A DNA stretch of 64,000 nt. Source: Somniosus microcephalus. Its lineage: Eukaryota. Where the stretch lies: the NCBI GenBank assembly GCA_052327205.1, contig CM126214.1, positions 26,040,001 to 26,104,000 on the forward strand. Reading direction: 5' to 3'. The position numbers and the translations under genes are program-made. The notes beneath the pieces were generated by a model. That model saw only the letters and a list, made by a program, of their open reading frames with translations. It had not been told where the DNA came from and made no database searches. This document shows, piece by piece, positions 13,493 through 26,191 of this stretch (its first letter is position 1; each line of letters begins with the position of its first letter).

Positions 13493-16400
13493 ACATAGGA
13501 TATATGGCACAGAAACAGGCCATTCGGCCCAACCAGTCCATGCCGGCGTTTATACTCCACTCGAGCCGCCTCCCGTCCTTCCTCATCTAAATCTATCTGC
13601 ATAACCCTCCATTCCCATCTTGCTCGTATGCTTGTCTAGCCTCCCCTTGAATGCATCTGTACTTTTTGCTTCAACCACTCCGTGGTAGCAAGTTCCACAT
13701 TCTCACCACTCTTTGGGTAAAGAAGTTAATTCTGAATTCCCTATTGGATTTCTTGATTACTATCTTACATTGATGGCCTCTAGTTATGCTCTTCCCCACA
13801 AGTGGAAACATTCTCTCTCTCTCCACTCTATCAAATCCTTTCATAATTTTATAGACCTCAATTAGGTCACCCCTCAGCCATTTTTGAAGAGAAATGAGAC
13901 CCAGCCTGTTCATCCTTTCCTGATATGTATACCCTTGCATTTCTGGTATCATCCTTGTAAATATTCTCTGCACCCTCTCCAGTGCTTCTATATCCTTTTT
14001 ATAATATGGCAACCAGAACTGTGTGCAATATTTTAAGTGTGGTCTAACCAAGGTTCGATACAGGTTTAGCATAACTTCCCTACTTTTCAATTCTGTACCT
14101 CTAGAAATAAACCCTAGTGTTTGGTTTGCTTTTTTTATGGCCTTGCTAACCTGTGTCGCAACTTTTAGTGATTTGTGTATTTGTACTCCGAGATCCCTTT
14201 GTTCCTCTAGCCCACCTAGACTCGCACCCTCCAAGTAATCAACTTCCCTATTCTTCCTACCAAAATGTAATACCTCACATTTATGTGTTGAACTTCATTT
14301 GCCAATTATATGCCCATTCTGCAAGTTTATTAATGTCCTCCTGTAATTTGTTGCAGTCTTCCTCAATATTGATTATCTCCTGCCCCCCTCCACAATTTTG
14401 TCATCTGCAAATTTAGAAATTGTGTTTTTGATTCCACAGTCTAAATTGTTAATGTAAATTGTGAACAACAGTGGTCCCAGCACTGATGCTTGTGGAACGC
14501 CACCACCCACCTTCTGCCACTGAATAGCTACCTTTTACCCCTACCCCATGCTTTCTGTCTTGAAGACAGCTAGCTATCCATTCTGCTACTTGTCCCCTGA
14601 CTCTGCATTCTCTGACCTTGTTCGTCAGTCTATTATGGGGCACCTTATCAAAGGCCTTTTGAAAATCTAGATAAATTACATCTACTGCATTACCATTGTC
14701 TCTCTGTTACCTCTTCAAAAAATTCAGTGAAGTTGGTCAAGCAAGACTTGCCCTTTTGAAATCCATGCTGATGATTCATTACTATGTTTTTGGTTTCTAG
14801 ATGTTCTATTTTCTCCTTTAGTAGGGATTCCATTATTTTTCCTACCACCAATATTAAGCTGACTGGTCTATAATTCTCTGGACATGTTCTATCCCCCTTA
14901 AATATAGGTATTACGTTAGCTATCTGCCAGTCCTCTGGCACTACACCCTTTTCTAACTAATTATTAAGTATGTGTAGTAATGCCTCTGCTATCTCTTCCC
15001 TGGATTCTTCTAAAATGCGTGGATGCAATCCAGAGGTTTTTATCCTGAGTTTGATTAGTTTATTTAATATGTCCCCTCTTTTTATACTAAATGCACTTCT
15101 CATTACTAATCTCATCATCCAATGTCAGGTCGACCTGTTCTATCTCCCTGGTAAATTCTGAAGCAAAATAATTATTTAGTATTTCTGCCATCTCTCTCTT
15201 GTTACCTGTTTATCCCCTAATGGCCCGATTCCCATCCTAACCTTCCTATTTTTATTGATGTGCCGTTAAAATATTTTACTATTTTGTTTTGTTCCTTGAT
15301 CATTTAATTTCATAGTTCCTCTTTGCCTTCCTAATTGTTTTTGACTTCTCTCCTAATCTCTTTGTATTCTCCCTTATCATGCACACTGCTGCTGTCTATG
15401 TACTTAATGTATGCCTCTTTCCTTACCCTCAATTGTTCCCTTATGACTTTATTCATCCATGGAGCCTTATTAGTGTTTAGTTTGTTCTTTCCTTTTAGCG
15501 GAATATATTTTCCTAGACTCTTTTGAACACGGTTTTAAATGTTTCCTATTGAAGTTCTACATCGTTGTTTGCCAATATTGTTGCCCATTTTATTTTCGCA
15601 AGTTCTATTCTCAGCCCCTCAAAATCAGCTTTTCTCCAATCTATTAGCCTGGTTTTCATCATACTTGTGTCCTTCTCAATTATTTTATTAAAGCGTATTA
15701 TATTGTCACTATTGCCTAGATGTTCCCCTACTTTTACTTCTCTCATCTGCTCTGGTTCATTCCCCATTACTAGATCCAATAGCGAATCCTCCCTTGTTGG
15801 GCTTTTTACATATTGGGTAAGAAAGGAGTCCTGTACACATTGTAGGAACTCCATTCCCTTATCCCCTTTACCTACCTTATCCCTTGTCCAATTAATATTG
15901 GGGTAGTTGAAATCCCCCATGATTGTTATTCTATGTTTTATACTCATTTCACTAATTTGTCTGCATATTTCTTCCTCTACCTCCCTTCCACTATGAAGTG
16001 GTCTGTACACTACACCTGTTAGCGTGATTGACCCTTTGCGCCAGGGACCCGGGTTCGAATCCGGCCTCAGGCAACTGTGTGGAGTTTGCACATTCTCCCC
16101 GTGTTTGCGTGGGTTTCCTCCGGGTGCTCCGGTTTCCTCCCACAGTCCAAAGATGTGTGGGTTAGGTTGATTGGCTATGATAAATTGACCCTTAGTGTTA
16201 GGGGGATTAAATACATGGGGTTACGGGGATAGGGTGGGATATGTGTTGGTGTAGGGGTTACGGGGATCGGGTGGGATGTGTGTCGGTGCAGGCTCGATGG
16301 GCCGAAATGGCCTCTATCTGCACTGTGGGGTTTCTGTGATTCTGTGATTATCTTGTATCTCTATCCATATGGATTCTATTTTTGTCTTGCTGATAGCTGT

Positions 16401-17768
16401 GTCACTTTTTTCTACTGCCTTTGTTATCCCTAATGAGTACAGCTACTCCACCTCCCTTTTCCCCTCTATCTTTTCTAATCTATGTTATAATTCCCAGTAC
16501 TGATCTTTCTGTAGCCATGTCTCCGTAATCCCTACTATGTCTGGTTCCTCAACACATGATTGCCTCTAGCTCCCGTTTTATTACGGACACTCTGCATTGC
16601 TGTACAGACAGTTTAGCTCTTTTTTAATAGGATTTCCTCTCACTTTATGTTTAACCATCTTTTTAGACTCCTATTCTATAAACTCTTTATTCCCTTGCCA
16701 TCAATGTCCTCCTTTACTTTATTCCTTCCTATGCTCTCTTTTATATTTTTATAATTAGGCTGGTTACGTTTCTTGTAGATCCCTTCCCCCCCCCCCATCT
16801 TACTAGTTTAAAGCTTTTGCCACCTCCCTATTTACCCTTTCCGCTCGGACACTGGTCCCATCGGTGCAGCTCCTGCCTGTCCCAGAACTGGTGCCAGTGT
16901 CCCATGAAAAGGAACCCCTCTTTCCCACACCAGCCCTTTAGCCACGTGTTAATTCTCCTGATCTGTCTGCTCCTATGCCAATTTGCACGTGGCTTGGGCA
17001 ATAATCCAGAGATTATTACCCTCGAGGCCCTGCTTTTTAATTTAGAGCCGAACTCATACTCTTTCAGCAGTACCTCCTCCCTGTTCCTACCTCTGTCGTT
17101 TGTTCCAACATGGACCATGACAACTGGATTTGCCCCCTCCCTTTCCAGCCGCTGTGAGATATCCCTTACGCTGACAACACACCCTTCAGGATTCTCATTC
17201 TTGACTGCAGAGGACGCTATTTATCCCCCTAATAATAGAGTCCCCCATCACTACCACATTTCTATTCTCTCTCTCTCCCTCCCTCCTCTTTCTCCCCCCC
17301 CCCCCCCCCTTCCCTTTGGACAGCCTTCTGAGCCACGGTGCCTTGATCTGCATTATGGCTGTCATTCCTGCAGTCTTTCTCCTTGTCCTCACTGGTAGCG
17401 AGTACTTCATACCTGATGGACAGGACCAGTGTCTGCGGCACCTCCTTCTCAACCTCTCTTAAATCCCCGCTCCCTAGCAGTCACACCCTCCCCTTCCTGA
17501 ACCTGTTTCCCTCTGGGGTGTGACTGCATTCTGGATAAAGCTGTCCAGAAATTCCTTCCCCTCCCTTATACGTCGGAGTGCCACCAACTCGCACTGCAGC
17601 TCAATGACTGAGCTGGAGAGATTTGAGATGGCGATGACAGCCGCAGACATGTTCGCTCAGGCCAGTCTCAAACTCCCACATACTGCAGTCCAGACACACA
17701 ACCCGCCCTGCCATATCTTAGTCTAGCCTTATTTTATTTATTTAATTAGTTCAAGCCTTTATTCAATT
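13493..17768 (-). mobile_element. Near-full-length, decayed CR1 LINE (ORF1 with zinc-finger/zipper and SGNH esterase, ORF2 with APE and RT)
   Basis: ORF1 starts at ATG 17714 (MAGRVVCLDCSMWEF...) with esterase motifs VVVMGDSIIRG and VHVGTND; APE GVVYRP, IMGDFNYPNINW, LLDLVM; RT PEDWQIANVIPIFKG, NYRPVSL, QHGFQKGKSCLTN; C-terminal RGDLIEVYKIM and FFTQRVV; CR1 3'UTR at about 13493-13670; many frameshifts. Confidence 0.93.
16038..16349 (+). mobile_element. V-SINE (HE1-like), 5'-truncated, inserted into the CR1 endonuclease
   Basis: B-box ggttcgaatcc, V-domain tgtgtggagtttgcacattctccccgtg...cctcccacagtccaaagatgtg, and CR1-derived tail gggccgaaatggcctc...tctgtgattctgtgatt. Confidence 0.88.
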
Positions 17769-18290
17769 ATTTTTGCCAGCCTTCTTGGAGCGTTTTAGTT
17801 CATTCATATCTCGATAGATGGGCAGTTTGAGAGCATGGCAACAATCTTTAGGTCAATGGCGCAGGTAGTGAGGTCGAGCAGAGTGTTGTCATTGTGCATG
17901 TAGATGCTGCTTCCAGACTGCATCATACAGGTAGTGAAAAGTAGATGGCCGAGGATGTACTGTTAATTACACCGGAGGTAGGTGTGTGAGCAGAGGAGGA
18001 AAAGCCATCAGCTGCAATGTAATACTTTCCTATTGGTTCGAGTGGAGTCCGAGACATCGGTGTCCAAGGTGCACCGCAGTGGAGAGATATTGGAGGATGG
18101 AATGGTGTCTGTTGAAGGTGGCGTAGTCAAGGAAAATGAGGAATGGGGAACCATGGTTAGAATTCCGCAGGATGCTGTTCGTGATTTTGACTAGTGGTGT
18201 TTTGTGCTGTGGGTGAGGCAGAAGCATGATTAAAGGCACTTGAAGGGGTTGTAAGGGAGAATTATTATAGTTAAAATTTGATGACACTAA
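17769..18290 (-). mobile_element. Old L2 LINE, RT part (5' side of the split element)
   Basis: Degenerate L2 RT: TPLVKITNSIL...LIFLDYATF...HSILQYL (cf. TALVKVTNDIL...LLDLSAAFDTVDHSILL), ILGHLLF, and KAGK at the junction. Confidence 0.65.
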
Positions 18291-18547
18291 GCAGATTCCT
18301 GTTAAATCACTTCCCTACTCCATAGCTAAAAGTCCGGTTACCAGCTCCTTAGGCCCTTGACTGCCATGCTGTACCTACTGCTCAGAATATGGCTCTGATT
18401 TATTCTCCCAATTGTTTTGCTTTTGTTTGTTGCAACTGCTTTGCACATCCTTAATGGACAGACTGAAAGCTTACTGTAGGGAAAGAATAGTGCAACTCTG
18501 TTGTGCTACACACACTGGTGTAGAATGGTAGTGTACCCATGCACACT

Positions 18548-18860
18548 AGTTGGGGAGTCTAGAATTTAGGGGTCTAAATCTCAGGATAAGGGGTCGGCCA
18601 TTTAGGACTGAGATGAGGAGAAATTTCTTCACTCAGAGGGTGGTGAATCTTTGGAATTCTCTACCCCAGAGGGCTGTGGCTGCTCAGTTGTGGAGTATAT
18701 TCAAGACAAAGATCGATAGATTTTTGGATATTAAGGGTATCGGGGGATATGGGGATAGTGCAGGAAGGTGGAGTTGAGGTTGAAGATCAGCCATGATTTT
18801 ATAGAATGGAGGAGCATGCTCAAAGGAACAAATGGCCTACTCCTCCTATTTCCTAGGTTC
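18548..18860 (+). mobile_element. CR1 LINE 3' end
   Basis: RGRPFRTEMRRNFFTQRVVNLWNSLPQRAV plus tail gatcagccatgat...aatggcctactcctcctatttcc. Confidence 0.88.
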
Positions 18861-19258
18861 ACACCACTATTTTTTCTTAGCGTGCTTTTAAGTTTCGTAT
18901 TTGTAGTACAGGACTGTGAAATGTGACTAGATTTTAAATACTGTTATTCCACAGTTAGCTTTATTTTACTTGTCCTTTATTGCTAGTATGTTAACTTACT
19001 AATGTTTCTGCATTTTAAGTATGCATTTTAAGTACTTAAGAGCATCTTTATAATGTTTATTTAAAAACTATTTTGTTGAAGAAATCCATCGCCAAAAGTT
19101 CTCAATTCACTAATGAGTTCAAAAATACAGAAGGTTTTCAAAATTTCCCTCCCAAGTCCACAGAACTGTTTTCCTTTTTAGTTTAATGTTTTATTGATTG
19201 TAGGAATGTGTTCATTAAAAAAAAGTACAATACATTAACTAATAATGATCAAATCCAG

Positions 19259-19350
19259 AGTCTTTCAGGTTACAATATCTGCAGTTCATGGCATATATGA
19301 AGACACCTCAGTACAAGACAAACTTACAGCAGTTATTGGACCAGGAAAAG
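19259..19350 (+). CDS. DOT1L: DOT1L coding exon (exon 16 equivalent), start of coiled-coil AF10-binding region
   Basis: atccag|AG TCT TTC...GAA AAG|gtacat; ESFRLQYLQFMAYMKTPQYKTNLQQLLDQEK; 92 nt. Confidence 0.95.
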
Positions 19351-19608
19351 GTACATCTTTCGGATCATTCCTCAAACATTTCACCATGAGAATTTAATGA
19401 TGTGGTTAAGGACATGATATTCTGTCAAAATTAATGGGCTGCACATATGTAAATTGGGCATGCTGATCTAAATGCCCAAACACCAATGGCAAAGTTTACC
19501 CCATAGTATCTTGGCAAAACTGAGCTTTCGTGTAATTTGTCATAACGGTTCCTTGGCAGATGATACCTTCACCTCCCCTCCTCTCTCCTAATGTAATTTA
19601 TTTTCCCC

Positions 19609-19851
19609 NNNNNNNNNNNNNNNNNNNNNNNNNNNNNNNNNNNNNNNNNNNNNNNNNNNNNNNNNNNNNNNNNNNNNNNNNNNNNNNNNNNNNNNNNNNN
19701 NNNNNNNNNNNNNNNNNNNNNNNNNNNNNNNNNNNNNNNNNNNNNNNNNNNNNNNNNNNNNNNNNNNNNNNNNNNNNNNNNNNNNNNNNNNNNNNNNNNN
19801 NNNNNNNNNNNNNNNNNNNNNNNNNNNNNNNNNNNNNNNNNNNNNNNNNNN
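19609..19851. other. Assembly gap (243 N)
   Basis: Run of N flanked by C-rich sequence within intron 16. Confidence 0.99.
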
Positions 19852-20297
19852 GCTCTCTCCAAATCCCCCCTCTGTTTCCAACCCCCCCCCTCCCCTCTCC
19901 GCTCTGATTCAGGCTTTCTGCAAAAGTCAGTTCTCCTTATGATCAGAAACGTAATATTAACATGGTAGTAGGATGAGCAATGAGCCTGTTTTCCCATTGG
20001 TATGTTCACTTGAAAGGATCTTTGAAATGCAACATTAAGCAAAGCAGTTAGAGTTCACTCTTGCAAATTACAGCATTGGTAAATGGAGGAGTTTGCTGAC
20101 TGCATCACTAGAGAAACCTTTTAGTTTAAATATTTTTGGGCTTAAAATAAAAGCAATTTAAGGTTAGCAATGAACCCTTAGCATGACCTAACTTAGCACA
20201 GCAATTGACATAATTATTTTAAGTTTGGCGAGTTTCAGAAAATGATTGCCAATAAGGTAGCTTTTAATGAAATGTAACTTTCTTGTTTATTTCACAG

Positions 20298-20399
20298 TTG
20301 AAGAATATGCAGTTGACGGGAACAGCACAGCAGCTGTTTAGGCACTGTCAGACACAGAAAGAAGAAGTCCGCCTTCTTTTTCAGCAAAAACTTGAAGAG
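20298..20399 (+). CDS. DOT1L: DOT1L coding exon (exon 17 equivalent), coiled coil
   Basis: tcacag|TTG AAG AAT...GAA GAG|gtataa; LKNMQLTGTAQQLFRHCQTQKEEVRLLFQQKLEE; 102 nt. Confidence 0.95.
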
Positions 20400-21184
20400 G
20401 TATAAACTGGCCACATCTGTAAAATATAAAGCTGCTTACCAAGAACTGCATTTCTCTGAATACAGGATTTTTTTTCCTCTTCATCAGCAAATTATAAAAT
20501 ACAAGTTGACATTTCAAGTCGAACCCTTGCTGGAGTTCTGAAGAAGAGGTCCCTGCTATGCATTTTCTGTTTTTGTTTGTATTGTACACAGTAAATTGTG
20601 TTGCTGTTACCTACGGTTTTGTGACCCTATTCTCTATCCACTCAAAAAGTGGTTACAGATAAATGCCTCAAGCTTAATTCAGTTGTGATTCTCTTTTTCC
20701 CTTTGTACAGGAGAGCTTTAAGTGTAAATTCTTGGCCTAGATATCAAATGTGTGCTATCTTAATTGAATAGTTGACAGGGGCGAGTGGGGGGGCGGTGGG
20801 GGAGCGGAGAAACTCTATCTCAAAAAAAACATGGAGCACTGTTGTGAACCACTGCTTAGTAACTCGGTGTATTTATGGAAGATGGGGATACCCTGAGCAA
20901 GTATTTTGCTGCAAGTCTTCCACTATATTATGTTGCTTCAGATCCAGTCAGCAGGATATGTTTGGCTACAGCAATCAACAAGTTAATTTTCCAAATTACT
21001 TTCCAATCAAAATGCCATGCCGAATTTGAAAAAAAAAAATTTCTGAAAAAGTAATTGAATAGAGCTGTAATGTGCTTGTATATGAACTGTTGAGGAACTG
21101 AGATTATCTTTCTCAGTTGTGGAACGTTTTAAATTTACATTTTTGCCACTTTTTTTTCCCCCCCACCCTTTTTTTTTCTTCCAG

Positions 21185-21322
21185 TTGGGTATAAAGGCCA
21201 TGACATTCAATGATTTACTCCAAGCACAGAAAGAGATCATCGCTCACAACAGGCAGCTAAAAGAACAGACAAAGCAGCTGGAAAAGGATAATGGTGACCT
21301 CAGGAAACAAAGTCTGCAGCTG
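21185..21322 (+). CDS. DOT1L: DOT1L coding exon (exon 18 equivalent), coiled coil
   Basis: ttccag|TTG GGT ATA...CAG CTG|gtaatt; LGIKAMTFNDLLQAQKEIIAHNRQLKEQTKQLEKDNGDLRKQSLQL; 138 nt. Confidence 0.96.
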
Positions 21323-21923
21323 GTAATTATTTAATGGGTTTGGAGTGGGATGTAATTAAAAAGATGGCATTTTTGAATCCTGCAGCAGGCTGAGCTGCTT
21401 GACCTATTGTCAGTTGTAATTAGAAGGCATGTGTTAGTATAGAAGTTATTGCCAAACACTGCTATGAAGTATTAAAAAAAATCTTGGATACATTAGTGTT
21501 CTTGCCTTGTGATTATGGTTATCTCTTTTATAAAAATAAAATATATTTTAATGTTTTAGGGAATACAATGGCATATCCATCTTCAGTTCTGATCATCATC
21601 AGTTTGCTAGGAGCTGCTGAGTTGGGCTGGGCTGCTTTCCTCATGAGGGAGAAAATGAACAAATTGTTGTGTTCCCGTCTCACGCAGCTCCTCAACAAGT
21701 TGGTGGTCTAGATAGAAATGCAGGTTGGCTTTCAGCATGCAGCATTTTTAAGGTGAAGTGACTTAAGATAATATAGTAGGATAATAGACTTTTGTTAAAA
21801 CATTTAGGAGATGCTGTAATTTTTGTTCTGGCTATGATGGATCTTGAAATATGAGCACTTTTATTTGGGTGAGGGGTAGTTGAAAGGTTTTCCATTTGTT
21901 CACTTGGATCATAAATGTTGCAG

Positions 21924-22049
21924 CTGAAAGCACGATGTGAAGAGCTAAATTTGGATTGGTCTTCTCTGTCTTTGGACAACCTGCTGAAGGAGAAACAAGC
22001 CTTGAAGAGTCAGATCTCAGAAAAACAAAGACACTGCTTAGAACTTCAG
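21924..22049 (+). CDS. DOT1L: DOT1L coding exon (exon 19 equivalent), coiled coil
   Basis: ttgcag|CTG AAA GCA...CTT CAG|gtagga; LKARCEELNLDWSSLSLDNLLKEKQALKSQISEKQRHCLELQ; 126 nt. Confidence 0.96.
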
Positions 22050-23558
22050 GTAGGATACCAATAAACTTATTACTCTTCTAATTTTCTAAACAGAAATTCA
22101 AAATTTGACAGTTTGGTTTTCTTGTGTAAGCAAAGTCTCCTTTGGCTGAATCCAAAATGACACACGTAATGGAAAATTGAAACAAAGTTCACCTTTTGAC
22201 AAATTTGTTCATCAGATATGCAAGAAAGACAGGTCCGCAATACTCCAAGACACCATGATCAGCCAACTTGGTTCATTAATGGGATTGGGACGAAGGGTAG
22301 ACTTGTAACTATGAGCTGAGATTTTTCCTATTTAACTCTAATATGCCTAAAGTTGTGTCTGACAAGGGTGGTTCTGGCTGGAGAAGCAGTAGGAAGCTTT
22401 ACCCTTGCCCTGGACTGTGGATTTATATTGGGTTAAATCCAACAGTACCCTTGCACACACCATGGGTCCTAAGCCATAGCTCTTCTGAACCTGTTCCTAA
22501 CCTCTCTGGGCTTAGTGGGGTATATCCTTAAGGGGATAGAGTGCACGCTAAATTATATTGCAACCAAACTCTATACTGTTGTACACTTCAGTAGCTTGTT
22601 TTGGATACTATTAAACATGGCAGTTTTTTTTTTGCATGTGTCAGACACTGGGGCTGACAAAGTTTATGGAAATTGGGTAAGTTCCTATTTTGCACAAACT
22701 TGTTTTTATTTAATTTGAGGTCTTGTAGCAATGGGATTGGCAAATAATGTATTTAATGGTGGTGGTCTTGCAATTAAAATGCCTGGAACCCTTTCACTCT
22801 GCTCTAATCTTGTGCATACAGGTTACAAGATGGTGAATCTATTTCCCTTGTTTTAATGGCTACAATATTAATCTTGGAACCAAACCGATGTTTAAGATGA
22901 ACAGGGAAGTTATTTAACTATATTGAGTAACTTCTTGAATAAATTGCTCACTATCCTAGATATAAATACTTAAAATCTTGTGAAATTTTGTGGTCAACTT
23001 GGTAAGATTGCCAGTCCTGCAAATGTTAAATTGGCCACTTATTGCACCCATGCCCTGTCATCAAGCACTCTAAGGTCTGTCATTGCATTGGCTAGGATGT
23101 AGGGTAAATTTCCTTGTACATCTCTTGCTGTAGGCTGCATCAGTGTCACTTTACTGTGCGAGCCCCCAATTTGCAGGTGAGGCTAGGTTGGCATCATGTG
23201 AAATTATGCTGCACACTCTGACCCAAATGGAAACTAAGGGACAGTGATGAAATTCAGTTTGCTTGTGATTCATGCAGCTGTCAAAATAAAATATAGCTAC
23301 TTTTTATATTGGTGTCAGTGCAGTGTTTTGCGTTGCCTGTTGGGCAACTGCTGACGACCACAATGTGAACCAGTTGGATTTATTAAGGAACGCACATGGT
23401 CATTTAATTGCATTGTTTTAGAAAAGGAAACTTTCCATGTATTTGCACAGACTTTAAATATGAAACTGTATGTTGGTAATTTGAGTATTTGGAGAAATGG
23501 GATTAAGAATATTGTTGTTTCCCCATATTAACTCTCTTATCTTCCCTGGCACCATTAG

Positions 23559-24043
23559 ATAAGCATTGTGGAGTTGGAGAAGAGTCAGCGACAGCAAGAG
23601 CTAATACAGCTCAAGTCATACATGCCATCAGATGATGTATCTCTTCAGCTGCGCCACAAAAACAAAAACTATGAGATGGATACAGAAAGGAACAGATACC
23701 AACTTGAAATTGATTGTCCTAAAATTCCAATGGCAATGATGAATGGTCTGAGCCCCGAACTCTCTATTAATGGAAATGCAACACCGTTTGAAATTCATAG
23801 TTCTTTAAACCGGCCTCCTTCCAAATCACAGAATGTGTACAGCACTGTGTTTCCAGAGCAGGAGAATGGGCTGTGCATCCCAAACCTTATGAGTAAACAC
23901 AAAGCAGACAGATTACCAACTCACTCTCTTCCTGACTACACCAGATTTTCTCCAGCCAAAATAGCACTTCGTCGACATTTGAACCAGGATCATACTGGAG
24001 GGGGAAAGCTTGCACATGATGTACAACTGGCATGTGCCCAGAG
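23559..24043 (+). CDS. DOT1L: DOT1L coding exon (exon 20 equivalent)
   Basis: cattag|ATA AGC ATT GTG GAG...CAG AG|gtcagt; ISIVELEKSQRQQELIQLKS...SPELSING...LPDYTRFSPAKIALRRHLNQDH; 485 nt. Confidence 0.96.
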
Positions 24044-24584
24044 GTCAGTGACAGATGCTGTTTCTGAATGCGAAAGTGAAGTAATGCTGCAGTTAAGTGT
24101 TTTGTTTGTACTTCTCCCAACGAACGAGGGGCAAGTATTGTCCCCGAGGGGTATAAGTATTGCTTATCTGGTTATTAAAGAAATCTTTGTTATTGCATGA
24201 AATTGAACTGGCTAATATATCAGTGTTCATTGGGTGAAAGTTTTGGTTATGTAATCTATCAAGTACCCTTTTGATGGTTTGTTTGACCATATCCAAAATT
24301 GGCACTTGAATGGAACTTTTTAAAAATTGAAATGTTATTGCACAATTCTAACAGTATGAGCAAACAAAAAAAAATCCAAGAAAAAAGGATGAGTAGTAGG
24401 CAAACTCCTAAAGATGAACTGGAAAAATGTTATTCCTGACTGCACCCAGGAGACCTGGACTTCAGAAGACTAGTGACATTTCGTGTGCATTATGCTGATG
24501 ACAGTCCTGCCTGTACACTGTCCAGTCCATAGTTAAAACATCTGATTGACCTGGCCAGTCCCCAAAAGAACTTTATTTTAAATA

Positions 24585-24760
24585 TATTCATTCACGAGAT
24601 GCGAGTGTTGTGGCATTTATTGCCCATCCCTAATTGCCCTTGACCAGGTGGTGGTGAGCTGCCGCTTTGAATTGCTTCCGTGTGGTGAAGCTACTCCCAC
24701 AGTACTGTTAGTTAGGGAGTTCCAGGATTTTGACCCAGTGACAATAAAGGAACGGCGATG
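24585..24760 (-). mobile_element. LINE 3' fragment (probably CR1 clade)
   Basis: gcatttattgcccatccctaattgcccttg...gggagttccaggattttgacccag; the minus strand reads like a SKSWNSL (cf. LWNSLP) LINE terminus. Confidence 0.5.
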
Positions 24761-24944
24761 AAGGATTGGTTTTCTGTAATATGTTACCTAGGAATAGAAG
24801 GAATCTAAATCTGCATAAGAGGAGAACTATGTACAAACTAGTGACCATCTTGTTAGGCTCCAAGATAACACTTCTGGCAACTTGTTTTATGGCAAGCTTT
24901 GAAGTGCGTTAGCTGCAGGGCAACTTTTTTGTGATTCTTTACCG

Positions 24945-25175
24945 CCCTACACGCAAAGGGTGGTAGAAGTTCGCAACTCTCTTCCACAAACGGCAGTTGA
25001 TGCTGCGTCAGTTGTTAATTTTAAATCTGAGATTGATCGATTTCTGTTAACCAAATGTATTAAAGGATATGGGGCAAAGGCAGGTATATGGAGTTCGATC
25101 ACAGATGAGATACGATCTCATTGAATGGCGGAACTGGCACGCGGGGCTAACTGGCCTAATGCTGTTCCTATGTTA
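24945..25175 (+). mobile_element. CR1 LINE 3' end
   Basis: acgcaaagggtggtagaagtt (TQRVVEV) plus tail gatctcattgaatggcgg...tggcctaatgctgttcctatgtt. Confidence 0.8.
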
Positions 25176-25276
25176 CGGAAATTTAACCAAGGATACCAAA
25201 TATAACTTTAAGTGTATATTTATACGATCAGTTTCAACTCTGTTGTATCAAAGTGAAATTGGCTGATTCATTGCAG

Positions 25277-25412
25277 GATTGAAAACCTAAAAGAAGCTGC
25301 CCTCCCACATCAGAGTCCAGGAATTCCAAATGGTGTTCAGCATGGTTCAGGTGAACAGCAACCCTTGTCCCCGGCAGCCCAGCAGATGACATGCGAGAAA
25401 AACGTAGAGAAG
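25277..25412 (+). CDS. DOT1L: DOT1L coding exon (exon 21 equivalent)
   Basis: ttgcag|G ATT GAA AAC...GAG AAG|gtattc; IENLKEAALPHQSPGIPNG...PLSPAAQQMTCEKNVEK; 136 nt, phase 2-0 fits its neighbours. Confidence 0.92.
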
Positions 25413-25874
25413 GTATTCATAGTATAGTGCTGATAACTTTGTTTTTCTGTTGCTGGTTTATAAAGCATATGCAGTGTGGTACGATTCATGTTGTATGAAT
25501 TTTTTACAGTTAACTCAATCCTGTATGGTGTTTTCTGTTTTGAAGTGTTCATATTTTATTCACTAATTTGCTTCTGCATTGTTGCATATTCATATTTCCT
25601 CATTCTTTCAACTTCTGCATACATTAGGATATAAACTATCCTTTCATGGGTGGATGGTACCCTGGTAAACCTGAGTTCAATCACAAGGAGTGTGGAAGCA
25701 AATTCAGTCTGATCTCAATTACGGAGTATGTAGCTACATATAAAGGCATGCCACTTGATGAAAAGAGGAGGAAATCATCTGGCATTGCTTCTTGAATCGT
25801 CCATCAATTTTTTCTCTAATATGAGGGTCTGCTAGGCATAGCATCAGTTCTTAATGGCGATAAGGCCTGGAGTA

Positions 25875-26191
25875 CAGGAAACTTTGTGCTATCCGGCACC
25901 GACAGGACCGAGCTGTTGCCGTCCCATCAAAACTGCCGGACAAACCAGCGCTAATGTTGAAACATACGGAGATTTTGAGCTCCCTATTTGGTAACAAACC
26001 CTGTTGCTTAGCAACAGCTTCTAAACAGTCGGCTGTACCTTGCAAGCATCTCTGTAGCTTAGCAACAGCTTCAGCAAGACTTTGCAGAGCCTGACTGGTG
26101 GGGGAAAAAAAGCAACAAAAAGAAAAAAAACCTTTTGCCGGTGGCTCGAGCATTCCGGACAGTTAACTTCTGGATAAACCAAAGTTTCCTG
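25875..26191. mobile_element. Tc1/mariner-type MITE (copy 1 of a family)
   Basis: TA|CAGGAAACTTTG...CAAAGTTTCCTG|TA; nearly identical to 35588-35922. Confidence 0.88.

Noticed and set aside
19560-20042. ORFs spanning the N run
   Set aside because: Artefacts of the assembly gap.
20470-20580. Fragmentary hammerhead-like pieces (ctgaagaagaggtc; reverse of gacttgaaatgtcaac)
   Set aside because: Too decayed to form the core or stems; at most an old Penelope relic.
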